Shown here one piece after another: positions 22,187 through 35,160 of a stretch of 64,000 nucleotides of DNA. The notes under the pieces were generated by a model. It made no database searches. It saw only the letters and a program-made list of their open reading frames with translations, and was not told the DNA's origin. Origin of the DNA: Trueperaceae bacterium (lineage in GTDB: Bacteria; Deinococcota; Deinococci; Deinococcales; Trueperaceae); contig JAXHNB010000001.1 of the NCBI GenBank assembly GCA_034520945.1, forward strand, positions 32,001-96,000, given 5' to 3'. Each line of letters opens with the position of its first letter. Position 1 is the stretch's first letter. The position numbers and the translations under genes were made by a program.

Positions 22187-23223
22187 GCCGGCGCCTCCGC
22201 GGTCGCGGCGTGACGGTCGAAGCTTCGCACCGTATCGACGAGGACCTCGACGCGGGCGGGATCCACCATCGGCAGCATGCCGTGGCCCAGGTTGAACACG
22301 TGCGCACCGCCCAGGCCCGCACGCAGCACGCGCACGGCCTCATTGCGAACCGCCTCCGCGGGCCCCAACAGCGCGGCGGGGTCGAGGTTTCCCTGCAGGG
22401 CCGGCACGCGGCCGCCCACCGCGGCGCGCACCTGGTCCAGCGGGGTGCGCCAATCGACGCTCAGCGCCTCCAGCGGCAGGGTGGCGAAGGCGTCGTAGAG
22501 GTGCGCCGCCCCCACCGCGATGTAGATCCGCGGCACGCCCGTGTCGGCCAGGGCCTCCAGCACGCGGGCCGCGTAGGGCCGGCCGAAGGCGGCGTAGGTG
22601 CGGGCGTCGTGCAGGCCGGCCCAGGAGTCGAACAGCTGCACCGCCTGCGCCCCCGCCTCGATCTGGGCGCGCAGGTAGGCGATCGTCGTGTCGGTCAGCT
22701 TGTCCAGCAGCCGGTGCGCCAGCGCGGGCCGGGCCCGCAGCAGGCCGCGAAGCTGGGGGTACTCCTTGCTGCCGCCGCCCTCCACCAGGTAGGTGGCCAG
22801 CGTCAGCGGCGCGCCGCCGAACCCGATGAGCGGCACCTGCAGCTCGCCGCGCAGCAGGCGGATCGCTTCGGGCACGAACGGCGCGATCTCGCCCGCGTCC
22901 GGCACGCGGAGCGCGTCCACGTCGGCGTCTTGGCGGACCGGCCGGCGGATGATGGGGCCGGGCTGGAAGTCCACGTCGACGCCCATCGCCGGGAGCGGCG
23001 TCATGATGTCCTGGAACAGGATCGCGGCGTCCAGGCCGTAGCGCCGCACCGGTTGCAACGTCACCTCCGCCGCCAGCTCGGGGGTGCGGGCCAGCTCCCA
23101 GAACGCGTGGCGCTCCTTGAGGGCGCGGTACTCCGGCAGGTGCCGTCCGGCCTGCCGCATCAGCCAGATCGGCGCGCGCTCGGTATCTTCGCCGCGCACC
23201 GCGCGCAGGAACAGGTCGTTCAC
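22183..23223 (-). CDS. hemE: Uroporphyrinogen decarboxylase
   Basis: PIWLMRQAGRHLPEY, QLFDSWAG, LQGNLDP, FNLGHG. Confidence 0.96.
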   Translation of the reverse strand: MNDLFLRAVRGEDTERAPIWLMRQAGRHLPEYRALKERHAFWELARTPELAAEVTLQPVRRYGLDAAILFQDIMTPLPAMGVDVDFQPGPIIRRPVRQDADVDALRVPDAGEIAPFVPEAIRLLRGELQVPLIGFGGAPLTLATYLVEGGGSKEYPQLRGLLRARPALAHRLLDKLTDTTIAYLRAQIEAGAQAVQLFDSWAGLHDARTYAAFGRPYAARVLEALADTGVPRIYIAVGAAHLYDAFATLPLEALSVDWRTPLDQVRAAVGGRVPALQGNLDPAALLGPAEAVRNEAVRVLRAGLGGAHVFNLGHGMLPMVDPARVEVLVDTVRSFDRHAATAEAPA

Positions 23224-23930
23224 GATTCCTCCTCGGGCGTGAAGCGGTAACCCACGCCCCACACGGTGTGGAAGTGCACCGGGCGGGCCGGGTCTGGCTC
23301 CAACGTCTTGCGGAGCCGCATCACCACGTTGTCGACGGTGCGGCTGCTGGGGAAGGCGTCGCTGCCCCACACCTCGTCCAGGATATCGTCGCGGCTGACC
23401 ACCTCGCCGGGTCGCGAGGCCAGCAGCCGCAGGATGCCGATCTCGCGCTCGCCCAGCGTCTCCTGCCGCCCGTCCGCAAGCGTCGCCGTCCAGGCGCGCA
23501 GGTCGACCTCGTGGCCGGCGAAGCGGATCGCGCGCCGCCCCTCGCCCCAGCCGCGGCGCCGCAGCACCGCCTCCACCCGCAACAGGAACTCCGGCAGGTG
23601 GAACGGCTTCGCCAGGTAGTCGTCGCCCCCGGCGGCCAGGCCCTGCACGCGCTCCTCGGGGCGGCCCTTCGCGGAGAGGAACAGGACGGGCGTCTCGTCC
23701 CCCTCCTCGCGCCGGATCCGGCACACCTCGAGCCCGTCCACGTGCGGCAGCATCACGTCGAGCACCACCAGGTCGAAGCCCCCCTCGCGCCAGCGCGCCA
23801 ATCCCTCGCCGCCGTCGTGCGCCAGCACGATCTCGTGCCCCTCCTCGCGCAGGTTGTCGGCCAGGACCTCGGCCAGGCCGCGCTCGTCCTCGATCACCAG
23901 CACGCGGGGACGCCGGCCGGGCGCGCTCAC
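23220..23930 (-). CDS. OmpR/PhoB-family response regulator
   Basis: LVIEDE, LDVMLP, DDYLAKPF, RTVDNVVMRLRK, TVWGVGYRF. Confidence 0.95.
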   Translation of the reverse strand: MSAPGRRPRVLVIEDERGLAEVLADNLREEGHEIVLAHDGGEGLARWREGGFDLVVLDVMLPHVDGLEVCRIRREEGDETPVLFLSAKGRPEERVQGLAAGGDDYLAKPFHLPEFLLRVEAVLRRRGWGEGRRAIRFAGHEVDLRAWTATLADGRQETLGEREIGILRLLASRPGEVVSRDDILDEVWGSDAFPSSRTVDNVVMRLRKTLEPDPARPVHFHTVWGVGYRFTPEEES

Positions 23931-25090
23931 CGTCCCTCCTCCGCCGCCGGGGTGGAGGGGGCGTCCCTCGCCTGGCCCGCGGCCTCGACGCGGCGCGGGA
24001 ACACCACCGTGAAGCGCGTGCCCCGGCCCGAGGGGGCGTCTTGGACGCGCATCCATCCGTTCATCGCCTCGACGGTGCTTCGTGCCAGGTGCAGGCCGAG
24101 GCCGGTCCCGATCGCGCGCCGCGTGGACTCGTCCCCGCTGCGGTAGAAACGCCCGAAGATCTTGTCACGTTCGGCCGCGGGCACGCCCACCCCCTCGTCG
24201 TCCACGTGCAGCATCACCACGTCGGGCCCCTCCTCCAGCCGGACCGTCACCGGCTTGTCCTCGCCGGGGCTGTACTTGACGGCGTTGTCCAACAGGTTGG
24301 AGAGCACCATCGCGAAGGCGTCCTCGTCCAGCGACACGGGAAGCCGCCCCTCGGGGGGTACCCGCCGCACCGTCGCCCCGCGCGCCTCCAGGCCGGGCCG
24401 CGCCTCCTCCACCAGGCGGCGTACGACCGCGCCGAGGTCGACGGGCCGAAGATCGGTGGCGAGGGGCGCCTGCTCCAGCCGCGCCGCCGCCAGCACCTGT
24501 TCGGAGGTCCGCTCGAGCCGGTCCAGTTCGCCCACCATGCGCGTCAGGTAGTCGCGGCGGCGCTCCGGCGACAGGTCCCGCACCTGCGCCGTCTCGACCA
24601 GCAGGCGCAGCGTGGCCAGCGGCGTTTTGAACTCGTGGGTGATCGCGGACAGGAAGTTCTGCTGACTGCGCTTCAGCGCCCGCTCCTCCCGGAGCGACCG
24701 CGCGATCAGCGCCAGCATCGCCAGCATCACCAGCACGAAGAAGGGGCCCTCCCACGCGAACATGCGCAGGTAGCCGCGCTGCTCGCGCAGGAACGCCTCC
24801 CGCCGCGCCGGGTCGACCCGGAACGTGCCGTCCTGAAACGTCAGGTGCGGCTGCTGCGACAGGACCGCGTCGCGAAGCGCGGGGTCGTGACCCGACGTGT
24901 CCCACGCGGCCTGCGCCACCGCGGCGTCGTTGCGCCACGCCGCCAACCGCGACTCCGAGACCCCCTCGATGTAACTCCGCTGGAACAGCAGCCACCACAC
25001 CACCTGCGCCAGCAGGAACACCACGATCACCGCGAAGGCGATCCGCGTGGTGGTGCGGGAGGAGAGGCGGGGCCAGCGGGGCGGGCGCAT
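23927..25090 (-). CDS. Membrane sensor histidine kinase
   Basis: Two TMs, THEFKTPL H-box, NLLDNAVKYS, DEGVG, GTGLGL. Confidence 0.95.
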   Translation of the reverse strand: MRPPRWPRLSSRTTTRIAFAVIVVFLLAQVVWWLLFQRSYIEGVSESRLAAWRNDAAVAQAAWDTSGHDPALRDAVLSQQPHLTFQDGTFRVDPARREAFLREQRGYLRMFAWEGPFFVLVMLAMLALIARSLREERALKRSQQNFLSAITHEFKTPLATLRLLVETAQVRDLSPERRRDYLTRMVGELDRLERTSEQVLAAARLEQAPLATDLRPVDLGAVVRRLVEEARPGLEARGATVRRVPPEGRLPVSLDEDAFAMVLSNLLDNAVKYSPGEDKPVTVRLEEGPDVVMLHVDDEGVGVPAAERDKIFGRFYRSGDESTRRAIGTGLGLHLARSTVEAMNGWMRVQDAPSGRGTRFTVVFPRRVEAAGQARDAPSTPAAEEGR

Positions 25091-26143
25091 TCAGGGCTCC
25101 AGCCACCCCTGCTCCAGGGCCGGGACCGCGTAGTAGGTGGCGATCAGGTCGGCGCCGGCCCGCCGGATCGCCAGCAGCGTCTCGCGAACCGCGGCGGGCC
25201 GGTCCAGCACGCCCGCCTCGGCGGCAGCCTCGAGCATGGCGTACTCGCCGCTCACATGGTACGCCGCCACCGTACGCGTGGTGCAGGCGCGAACGCGCGC
25301 GATCACGTCCAGGTAGGCGTGCGCCGGCTTGACCATCAGCACGTCCGCCCCCTCCGCGTCGTCCAGCGAGGCCTCGAGCTCGGCCTCGCGCACGTTGCGG
25401 GCGTCCATCTGGTAGCTGCGGCGGTCCTCGGGGGGTTCCAGTTCGCCGTGGCCGCCCCCACCCGCCGGGGCGCTCCCCGCCGCCTCCCGGAACGGCCCGT
25501 AGAACGCCGAGGCGTACTTCACCGCGTACGACAGGATGCCGACCTGCGTGTGACCGTTCGTGTCCAGCGCCTGCCGCAAGGCGGCGACGCGGCCGTCCAT
25601 CATGTCGGAGGGGGCCACCAGGTCGGCGCCGGCGTCGGCGTGCACGACCGCCATCTCCGCCAGTCGCGGCAGGCTGGCGTCGTTGTCCACCACGGCGCCG
25701 CGCCGGCCGGGCGACAGGACGCCGCAATGCCCGTGATCGGTGTACCCGCACAGGCACACGTCGGTGATCAGCGCCAACTCGTGGCCGAAGGCGCGGCGGG
25801 CCTCGCGCAACGCGTGCGGGACGGGCCCCTCCGGGTCGCTGGCGTCGCTCCCGCGCGGGTCCTTGCGCGAGGCGGGCACCACCCCGAACAACAGTACGGC
25901 GCGGATGCCCAGTTCCAAGGCGCGCTCGAGCTGGGGAAGCAGCAGGTCGACGCTGAGGCGGGACACGCCCGGCAGGGATCCGACGTCTTCGGCGCGTTCC
26001 CGGCCGGGCACCACGAAGAACGGCGCGATCAGGTCGGCGGGACGGACGGCGGTCTCGGCGTTCAACTCCCGAAGCGCCGCGGTGCGGCGCATCCGGCGCG
26101 GGCGGCGAAGCGGCAGGGGCGGGGAAGAGGGATCACTGCTCAT
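25091..26143 (-). CDS. hemB: Porphobilinogen synthase
   Basis: RPRRMR, DVCLCGYTDHGHCG, APSDMMDGR, FYGPFREA, MVKP, YHVSGEY. Confidence 0.97.
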   Translation of the reverse strand: MSSDPSSPPLPLRRPRRMRRTAALRELNAETAVRPADLIAPFFVVPGRERAEDVGSLPGVSRLSVDLLLPQLERALELGIRAVLLFGVVPASRKDPRGSDASDPEGPVPHALREARRAFGHELALITDVCLCGYTDHGHCGVLSPGRRGAVVDNDASLPRLAEMAVVHADAGADLVAPSDMMDGRVAALRQALDTNGHTQVGILSYAVKYASAFYGPFREAAGSAPAGGGGHGELEPPEDRRSYQMDARNVREAELEASLDDAEGADVLMVKPAHAYLDVIARVRACTTRTVAAYHVSGEYAMLEAAAEAGVLDRPAAVRETLLAIRRAGADLIATYYAVPALEQGWLEP

Positions 26144-26892
26144 GAGGTCCTTTCGTGCTCGCTCGCGGGCGCGGGCGGCGCGTCGCTGCGGGCGCCGCCC
26201 GCGCGGGCGAGCGCGTCGATCTCGTCCAGCAACCCGTCCACCTCGGGCCGGCCTGCCACGATCGGGGCGAACCCCGCCTCGCGGAGCGCGGCGGCGGTGG
26301 TCGGGCCGATCGCGAGCAGGTGGGCGGACGCGGCCACGCCGGCCGGCAGGGCGCGGACGGCCGAAGGGCTGGCCAGCACCACGACGTCGAACGACGCCGG
26401 GCCGTGCCAGCGGGCGGTCTCGGTCCGGTACACCACCTGCGTGCGCACCTCGAGGCCGGCGGCCCGAAGCGCGTCCGGCAGGGCTGCCCGCGCCCGGTTC
26501 CCACGCGGCAGCCCCACCGGCCCGCCGGCGCCGGGCAGGGCCAGGAACGCGCGCGCCAGGCCCGCACCGGTCGGCGGGTCGCCCCGCAGCGCCACGCGTC
26601 CACCGGCGCGCGCCAGCGCATCCGCGGTGCCGTCCCCGACCGCCCCCAGCGCCGGCGCTCCGGGTCCCTCGGACAGGGGAAGCCCCAACGCCGTCCATGC
26701 CTCCACCGCGGAGCGGCTGGGGAACAGCAGCCACGGGCATCCCCGCAACGCCTCCGCGCCCGCGCGCGTGGCGTCGTCCAGGCAGGGTCGGGTGCGGACC
26801 AGCGGCGTCCGCGCCACCTGGTGCCCCCGCTCGGCCAGCCGCTCCGCCAGCCCCTCCAAGCGACCCTCGCCCTGCGTAAGCGCGATTCTCAC
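26140..26892 (-). CDS. hemD: Uroporphyrinogen-III synthase
   Basis: LLFPSRSAV, AVGDGTADAL, VYRT, LASPSAV, AIGPTTA; operon position. Confidence 0.88.
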   Translation of the reverse strand: MRIALTQGEGRLEGLAERLAERGHQVARTPLVRTRPCLDDATRAGAEALRGCPWLLFPSRSAVEAWTALGLPLSEGPGAPALGAVGDGTADALARAGGRVALRGDPPTGAGLARAFLALPGAGGPVGLPRGNRARAALPDALRAAGLEVRTQVVYRTETARWHGPASFDVVVLASPSAVRALPAGVAASAHLLAIGPTTAAALREAGFAPIVAGRPEVDGLLDEIDALARAGGARSDAPPAPASEHERTS

Positions 26893-27815
26893 CCGCCGAC
26901 CTCCGCCGTGCCGGCCGGGTCGGGGCGGCCCAGCGCCGCGTACGCCAGCATGGCCGCCCCCTCGCCGGTCGGGTGCTCGACCGACGCCGCCGTCCCTTCG
27001 TACCAGGCGTGCAGAACGATGCGCCCGTCCGCCCGCGTGGCGTGCGCCCCCAACGCCAGTTGACACCCGCCCTGGATCATGGTCATCAGGCCTCGTTCGG
27101 CCGCGACGGCGGGGTAGCCCGCCACGTCGTGCAGGTCGGTCAGCAGGGACGCCAGGCCGTCCTCGCCGCGGCGGATCTCCAGCGCCAGCGCGCCCTGCGC
27201 GGGCGCGGGCACGAACACGTCCGGGTCCAGCGCCGCCACCTCGAGCCCCTCCACGTCGGCCTCCAACCGCGTCAGCCCCGCGGCCGCCAGCACGATGGCG
27301 TCGTACGCGCCGTCCCGGAGCTTGGCGAGGCGGGTGGGCACGTTGCCGCGCAGTTCCTGCAGCGCCAGGTCGGGCCGGTGCGCGGACAGGAGGCGGCGGC
27401 GGCGCACGGCGCTGGTCCCGACCCGCACCCCGTGGCGCAGCGGGACGACGGGCGCGGCGCCGTCGAACGCCCCCGGGCGCACGACCAGCACGTCGCGCGG
27501 GTCGGCGCGCGGCGGGACGGCCGCCACCTCCAGGCCGGGGGCGGGCATGCCGGGAAGGTCCTTGAACGAGTGCACCGCGACGTCGGCCTGGCCGGAGATG
27601 AGCGCGTCCTGCACGGCCTTGGTGAACACGCCGACGCCGCCGAGCTGGGCGAACGGGCGGGCGTCTCGGTCGCCCTGCGTGGCGACCTCGACCAACGTCA
27701 CGCGGGCGCCAAGCGCTTCGAGCCGGGCGCGCACGTAGTCGGCCTGCCACAGGGCGAGGCGGCTGGCGCGCGTGGCGATGCGGACGTGCCGGGGCCGATC
27801 CTGCGCTCGCGTCAT
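26889..27815 (-). CDS. hemC: Hydroxymethylbilane synthase
   Basis: ATRASRLALWQA, AVHSFKDLP, GTSAVRR, RGNVPTRL, PAPAQGAL, GGCQ. Confidence 0.96.
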   Translation of the reverse strand: MTRAQDRPRHVRIATRASRLALWQADYVRARLEALGARVTLVEVATQGDRDARPFAQLGGVGVFTKAVQDALISGQADVAVHSFKDLPGMPAPGLEVAAVPPRADPRDVLVVRPGAFDGAAPVVPLRHGVRVGTSAVRRRRLLSAHRPDLALQELRGNVPTRLAKLRDGAYDAIVLAAAGLTRLEADVEGLEVAALDPDVFVPAPAQGALALEIRRGEDGLASLLTDLHDVAGYPAVAAERGLMTMIQGGCQLALGAHATRADGRIVLHAWYEGTAASVEHPTGEGAAMLAYAALGRPDPAGTAEVGG

Positions 27816-28981
27816 TCGCCCTGGCCCGGCTCGGACCGCACCAGCCCCGTCTCCGCCAGGAAGGTGCGGGCCACCTCCACGCCGTGCTCCCGGGCGATCG
27901 CGCGCAGGCCCTTGATCGGATCGTGCGCCAGCCGGTTGGCCAGCCGGTCCGCCTCGCCCTCCGGCACGACGCCCGCCAGCGTGGCGCGCGTCCGTTCGCG
28001 AAGCATCCGGATGGAGGGACCCAGCTGCTTCTCGTTCCATTCGTCCACGGCGGCGTCCAGCTCTTCCAGCACCAGCCGCTCGGCCTGCGCGAGGGCGTCC
28101 TGCAGCGAGGCGCGCCGCGCCGCGCCGGCCTCCTGGAGCCCGTCGACGTCGAGCAGTCGTACCCTCGCCGCCCGCGCCGCCGCCGGCTCGACGTTGCGCG
28201 GCACGCCCAGGTCCACCGCGATGCGGGGACGCAGGCGCGCCAGCGCCTCCCGCGCGACCAGATGCTTCACCGGCGTGGCGCACACCAGCGCGGCCACGCG
28301 GGGCGGGTCGGCCCACACCTCGTCCAACGACGCGGCCTCCACCCCCAGGCGCTCCGCCACCTCGCGCGCCCGTCCCTCGCTGCGGTTGGCGATCACGACG
28401 CGCGCGCCGATGTCCCGCAGGCCGCGAGCGGACAGCTCGCCGATCTCGCCGGCGCCGAGCACCAAGGCGGTGTCGCCGGGCGTCAGCGTCGCCTCCAGCT
28501 CCGGCCGGGCCAGGCTGAACAGGCTGGCGTTCACCGGGGCCAACGCGACCTCCCGCCGCACCCGTTTGGCCGCTCGCAGCGACCGCTCGAACGCGTACGA
28601 CAGCATCGCATCGGTACGGCCGGCGTCGCGGGCGGCCAGGTAGGCCCGCCGCACCTGCCGCATCACCTGGTCCTCGCCCGGGTTCAGGCTGTCCAGCCCG
28701 GCGGCGACCCGGGTGAGCTGCTCCAGGGCGCCGTCGCCCAGGTAGGCGTACGGCAGGCGCGCGGCGCCGCGCGGCGCCAAGCGCCGGCGCGCCTCGTCGA
28801 CCGAGACCCCGTCGCTCAGGTGCGTGACGAGCTCCCAGCGGTTGCAGGTGGCCAGCACCACGCCGCGCGGAAAGCCAAGCGCCGCCAGCGCGTCCGGGTC
28901 CGCCAGGCGCGCGTGCCAGTCGGCCAACGCGTCGGCACCGCCGCGACGGTGCGAAACGCCGATGAGGGCAAGTCGTTCCAC
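27812..28981 (-). CDS. hemA: Glutamyl-tRNA reductase
   Basis: IGVSH, ATCNRWE, AGLDSLNPGEDQV, LGAGEIG, DLGVPRNV. Confidence 0.94.
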   Translation of the reverse strand: MERLALIGVSHRRGGADALADWHARLADPDALAALGFPRGVVLATCNRWELVTHLSDGVSVDEARRRLAPRGAARLPYAYLGDGALEQLTRVAAGLDSLNPGEDQVMRQVRRAYLAARDAGRTDAMLSYAFERSLRAAKRVRREVALAPVNASLFSLARPELEATLTPGDTALVLGAGEIGELSARGLRDIGARVVIANRSEGRAREVAERLGVEAASLDEVWADPPRVAALVCATPVKHLVAREALARLRPRIAVDLGVPRNVEPAAARAARVRLLDVDGLQEAGAARRASLQDALAQAERLVLEELDAAVDEWNEKQLGPSIRMLRERTRATLAGVVPEGEADRLANRLAHDPIKGLRAIAREHGVEVARTFLAETGLVRSEPGQGE

Positions 28982-29017
28982 CGAGTCGCCATGCTACGCG
29001 CCGGACGGGGGCGAGAG

Positions 29018-29034
29018 TGTCACCGAATTGTCAC
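29018..29034. promoter_or_regulatory. OmpR/PhoB-type direct repeat upstream of hemA
   Basis: TGTCAC-N5-TGTCAC (11-bp period), 21 nt upstream of a minus-strand TAGCAT -10 (28991-28996). Confidence 0.6.
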
Positions 29035-29053
29035 GCGCGCGAGGCGAGGCGCG

Positions 29054-29968
29054 TCACTCGAACCAGGCGGCGGCCCGAGACGCGTTGGCGTCGAGCCAGC
29101 GGCGGGCGGCGTCGCGCGGGAAGGCGCTCTCGCCCTCCACCATCCACAGCATCATCTGCTGCATCTCCTCCGCGCTCCACGCGAACGCGTCCAGGGCGTC
29201 CGCGGCGGCCGGCATGTCGTCCGCCAGGCCCGGCCGGACCACGGTGTGGATCGCCTCGCGCCCGCCGTAGACCCCCTCGGGATCCTCCAGGAAGCGGAGC
29301 TGCCAGCGGGCGTGCACCCAGAGCGGCACCCAGCCGGTCACCACGATGTCGTCGCCCCGCCGGATGGCCTCGCGGAGGCGGTGGATCATGGCGGCCTCGC
29401 TGCCGGTCACGACGAGCTCCCAGTCCTGCAGCCCGTACGCCTCCATCGCCGCCTCGGTCTGGCGCATCACCCCGGCGCCCGGGTCGATGCCGATGATGCG
29501 GCCGCCGTAGCGTTCGGCCCGGCCTTCGAGGTCGGCGATGGACACGATGTCGGCCTCGTTGACGCCGCGCTGCCCGCCCCGGCCGACCTGTCGCGAGCCG
29601 GCCACGTCCGGCACCATCAGCCCGGTGCGCGTGCCCTCCAGGTTGGGGCCGAGGTCGACGAGGTCGTCCTCGTGCTCCGCCCAATAGGGGGCGTGGGTGC
29701 TGGGCAGCCAGGCGGAGAGGAAGGCGTCCGCCTCCCCCTCCGCCACGGCGCGCCAGGCGTCCCCGACGGGGTGCTCGCTGAGCTCGACGCGTACGTCCAG
29801 CTGGCGGGAGATCGCCTCGGCGACGACGTGGGCGCTGGCCACCGACGACGACCAGTCGACGTGCGCGATCCGGAGGGTGTCCTGCGCCAGGGCGCCGACC
29901 GGCAGGGCGAGCGCCAGGACGGCCAGGAGGCCTAGGGGGGCGGCGCGAAGGCGTGCAGCTGGGGTCAC
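29054..29968 (-). CDS. Glycine betaine/proline-type substrate-binding protein (OpuAC/ProX family)
   Basis: Signal peptide, VDWSS, SAWLPSTH, GIDPGAG, TGWVPLW, LEDP; GAGGAGG RBS before the GTG (alternative ATG at 29983). Confidence 0.92.
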   Translation of the reverse strand: MTPAARLRAAPLGLLAVLALALPVGALAQDTLRIAHVDWSSSVASAHVVAEAISRQLDVRVELSEHPVGDAWRAVAEGEADAFLSAWLPSTHAPYWAEHEDDLVDLGPNLEGTRTGLMVPDVAGSRQVGRGGQRGVNEADIVSIADLEGRAERYGGRIIGIDPGAGVMRQTEAAMEAYGLQDWELVVTGSEAAMIHRLREAIRRGDDIVVTGWVPLWVHARWQLRFLEDPEGVYGGREAIHTVVRPGLADDMPAAADALDAFAWSAEEMQQMMLWMVEGESAFPRDAARRWLDANASRAAAWFE

Positions 29969-29979
29969 GTGGTTCCTCC

Positions 29980-31614
<1,635 letters not shown>

Positions 31615-31794
31615 AAGGCGTCCTTTCCAAGGCAGGGGCGTTCTCTCCGGACGGCGGCCCCCCGGAGGCCCGACGCCGCCCGGGTACGTGCACGGGGTCA
31701 CGGCGTACGCGTGAAGGGTACACGATTCTCATGCGGGCGTGCGTGGCGCTGGTTCGTACGGGTTCGGCCCGGGCCGTGGCCCCGCGGGCGCCGT

Positions 31795-32715
31795 TCAGCC
31801 GAACAGGCCACGCAGCACGAAGGCCAGATTGGCCGGCCGCTCGGCCAGCCGGCGCGTGAAGTAGCCGTACCAGTCGGCACCGAACGGCAGGTACACGCCC
31901 ACGCGTTCGCCCTCGGCCCGCAGCGAGGCCTGCAGGCGCGGCTTCACGCCGTACAACAGCTGGAAGGTGGTGCGCTCAGGTGGCACCGCGCGGGCGGCGC
32001 GCTGCGCCTGGGCGAAGGAGATCAGCGCCTCGTCGTGGGTGGCGACGTGCACCAGGCCACCCCCGTCCAGCAGCATCTCCAGTTGTTCGCGGTAGGCCCG
32101 GTCGACGTCGGCCTTGTCGGGGAACGCGACCGACGCCGGTTCCCGGTAGGCGCCCTTGACCAGGCGAATCTCCGGCACCGGCGTCCGGGCCAGCAACCGC
32201 GCCAGGTCGTACGGCGTGCGACGCAGGTAGCTCTGCAGCACCGTGGAGACGTGAACGTGCCCCTCGTCGTGCAGTGCCTCGAGCAGGGCGAGGGTGTCGT
32301 CCACGCGCGGGTGGTCCTCCATGTCGAGGCAGGGCCGCACGCCGGCGCGGGCCGCCTCGACGGCCAACGAGCGCAGGTGGTCCAGCGCCACGTCGAACGA
32401 GATCCCCAGCCCTACCTGGGTCGGCTTGACCGACACCATGCGCGGCGGCGGGACGTCGGCCAGGGCGCGTATGGCCGCACGCACCCCGTCGGCCATCTCC
32501 GCAGCGGCCTCCGGGTCCTGCACGAACTCGCCGAGCAGGTCCAGTACGACGTACTTGCCTTGGCCGGCCAAGGCGTGCGCGACGCGAATGCCGTCCTCCA
32601 GGCGCTCGCCCGCGACGAACCTGCCCGCGCCGAGCTGCAGGCCGCGGCGGCGGGCGAACCGTTCCAGCGGGCCCCAGCCGGCCACGGCCAGCACCAGGTC
32701 GCGGTAGCGGCTCAT
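31795..32715 (-). CDS. Monofunctional proline dehydrogenase
   Basis: RFVAGE, SVKPTQ, DMED, RLVKGAY, ATHD, YFTRRLAERP. Confidence 0.95.
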   Translation of the reverse strand: MSRYRDLVLAVAGWGPLERFARRRGLQLGAGRFVAGERLEDGIRVAHALAGQGKYVVLDLLGEFVQDPEAAAEMADGVRAAIRALADVPPPRMVSVKPTQVGLGISFDVALDHLRSLAVEAARAGVRPCLDMEDHPRVDDTLALLEALHDEGHVHVSTVLQSYLRRTPYDLARLLARTPVPEIRLVKGAYREPASVAFPDKADVDRAYREQLEMLLDGGGLVHVATHDEALISFAQAQRAARAVPPERTTFQLLYGVKPRLQASLRAEGERVGVYLPFGADWYGYFTRRLAERPANLAFVLRGLFG

Positions 32716-32731
32716 GGCGCGCCGTGGCGCC

Positions 32732-33454
32732 TCACCGCGAGGCCGTCTGAGGTGCCTCGCGCCGCGCGGCGGCGTTCGGCGCCGGCTCCCGGCCGCCGGC
32801 CCCGAAGCGGTCGGCCAGCAGCGCGGCGAAGGTCGCCACGTGCGTACGCATGGCGGCTTCCGCACGGGCGCCGTCGCCCGCCGCGATGGCATCGGCGACG
32901 GCGCGATGCTGCTCGCGCGTTCGCGCCGCGGCGTTCTGGTCGCGGGTGTGAACCTTGAGCGGTGTGACGTGACCGGAGAGTCCGTCGAGCGCCAGGATCA
33001 GAGGCTCGTTGGCGGACAGCTCCGCCACGCGCCGGTGGAAGCTCAGGTCGGCCTCCACCTGCGCCGCGACGTCCGCCGTGCCTGCGGCCTCGACGCGGTC
33101 CAGCAGGGCGGACAGCGCGGCGCGGTCGGCGCCCTCGGCGCGTTCGGCCGCCTGGCGCGCGGCCATGCCCTCCAGGTGCTCGCGCACCTCGTAGGCGTCC
33201 AAGGCGGCACGCAGGTCCGGCTGGCGGACGCGAACGCCCTGGGTGGCGCGGGCCTCCAACAGGCCCTCCTGCAGGAGCCGACGGACGGCCTCCCGGACGG
33301 GCGTTCGCGACACCCCGTAGCTGGCCGCGAGGTCGGCCTCCCGGAGGCGCGTGCCGGGGGGCCACGCCCCCAACAGCAGTTGGTGACGCAGGTGCCGATG
33401 CACCTCGTCCCCGACCGTGGGCGGGCGGGCGATCGGGCCGGACGCGCGGTCCAC
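32732..33454 (-). CDS. GntR-family (FCD) regulator
   Basis: LAASYGVSRTPVREA HTH; FCD-like C-terminus (FH..., EHRAV, AMRTH). Confidence 0.92.
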   Translation of the reverse strand: MDRASGPIARPPTVGDEVHRHLRHQLLLGAWPPGTRLREADLAASYGVSRTPVREAVRRLLQEGLLEARATQGVRVRQPDLRAALDAYEVREHLEGMAARQAAERAEGADRAALSALLDRVEAAGTADVAAQVEADLSFHRRVAELSANEPLILALDGLSGHVTPLKVHTRDQNAAARTREQHRAVADAIAAGDGARAEAAMRTHVATFAALLADRFGAGGREPAPNAAARREAPQTASR

Positions 33455-33460
33455 GGCCGA

Positions 33461-35014
<1,554 letters not shown>

Positions 35015-35070
35015 GCGGGCCTCCAGGGCGTCACGGATGGGGTCGCGGCGGGGCGTACGACCCACGCCAC

Positions 35071-35089
35071 ATCGTATACGGTATACAAT
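35071..35089. promoter_or_regulatory. Candidate GntR operator upstream of pruA
   Basis: AT-rich near-palindrome ATCGTATACGGTATACAAT containing two GTATAC. Confidence 0.6.
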
Positions 35090-35160
35090 CTTGGCGTCAT
35101 GAGCGCGCCCGGTCCCCCACGCCACCGCGATGGCCCCCGTCGGATGCGGCCGGTCTCGGC

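Noticed and set aside
24041..27565. Very long antisense or alternative-frame ORFs (e.g. 24041-27565, 30256-32958, 32714-35545, 44032-48009)
   Set aside because: Shadow ORFs opposite clear genes, caused by stop-codon scarcity at high GC; no recognisable motifs
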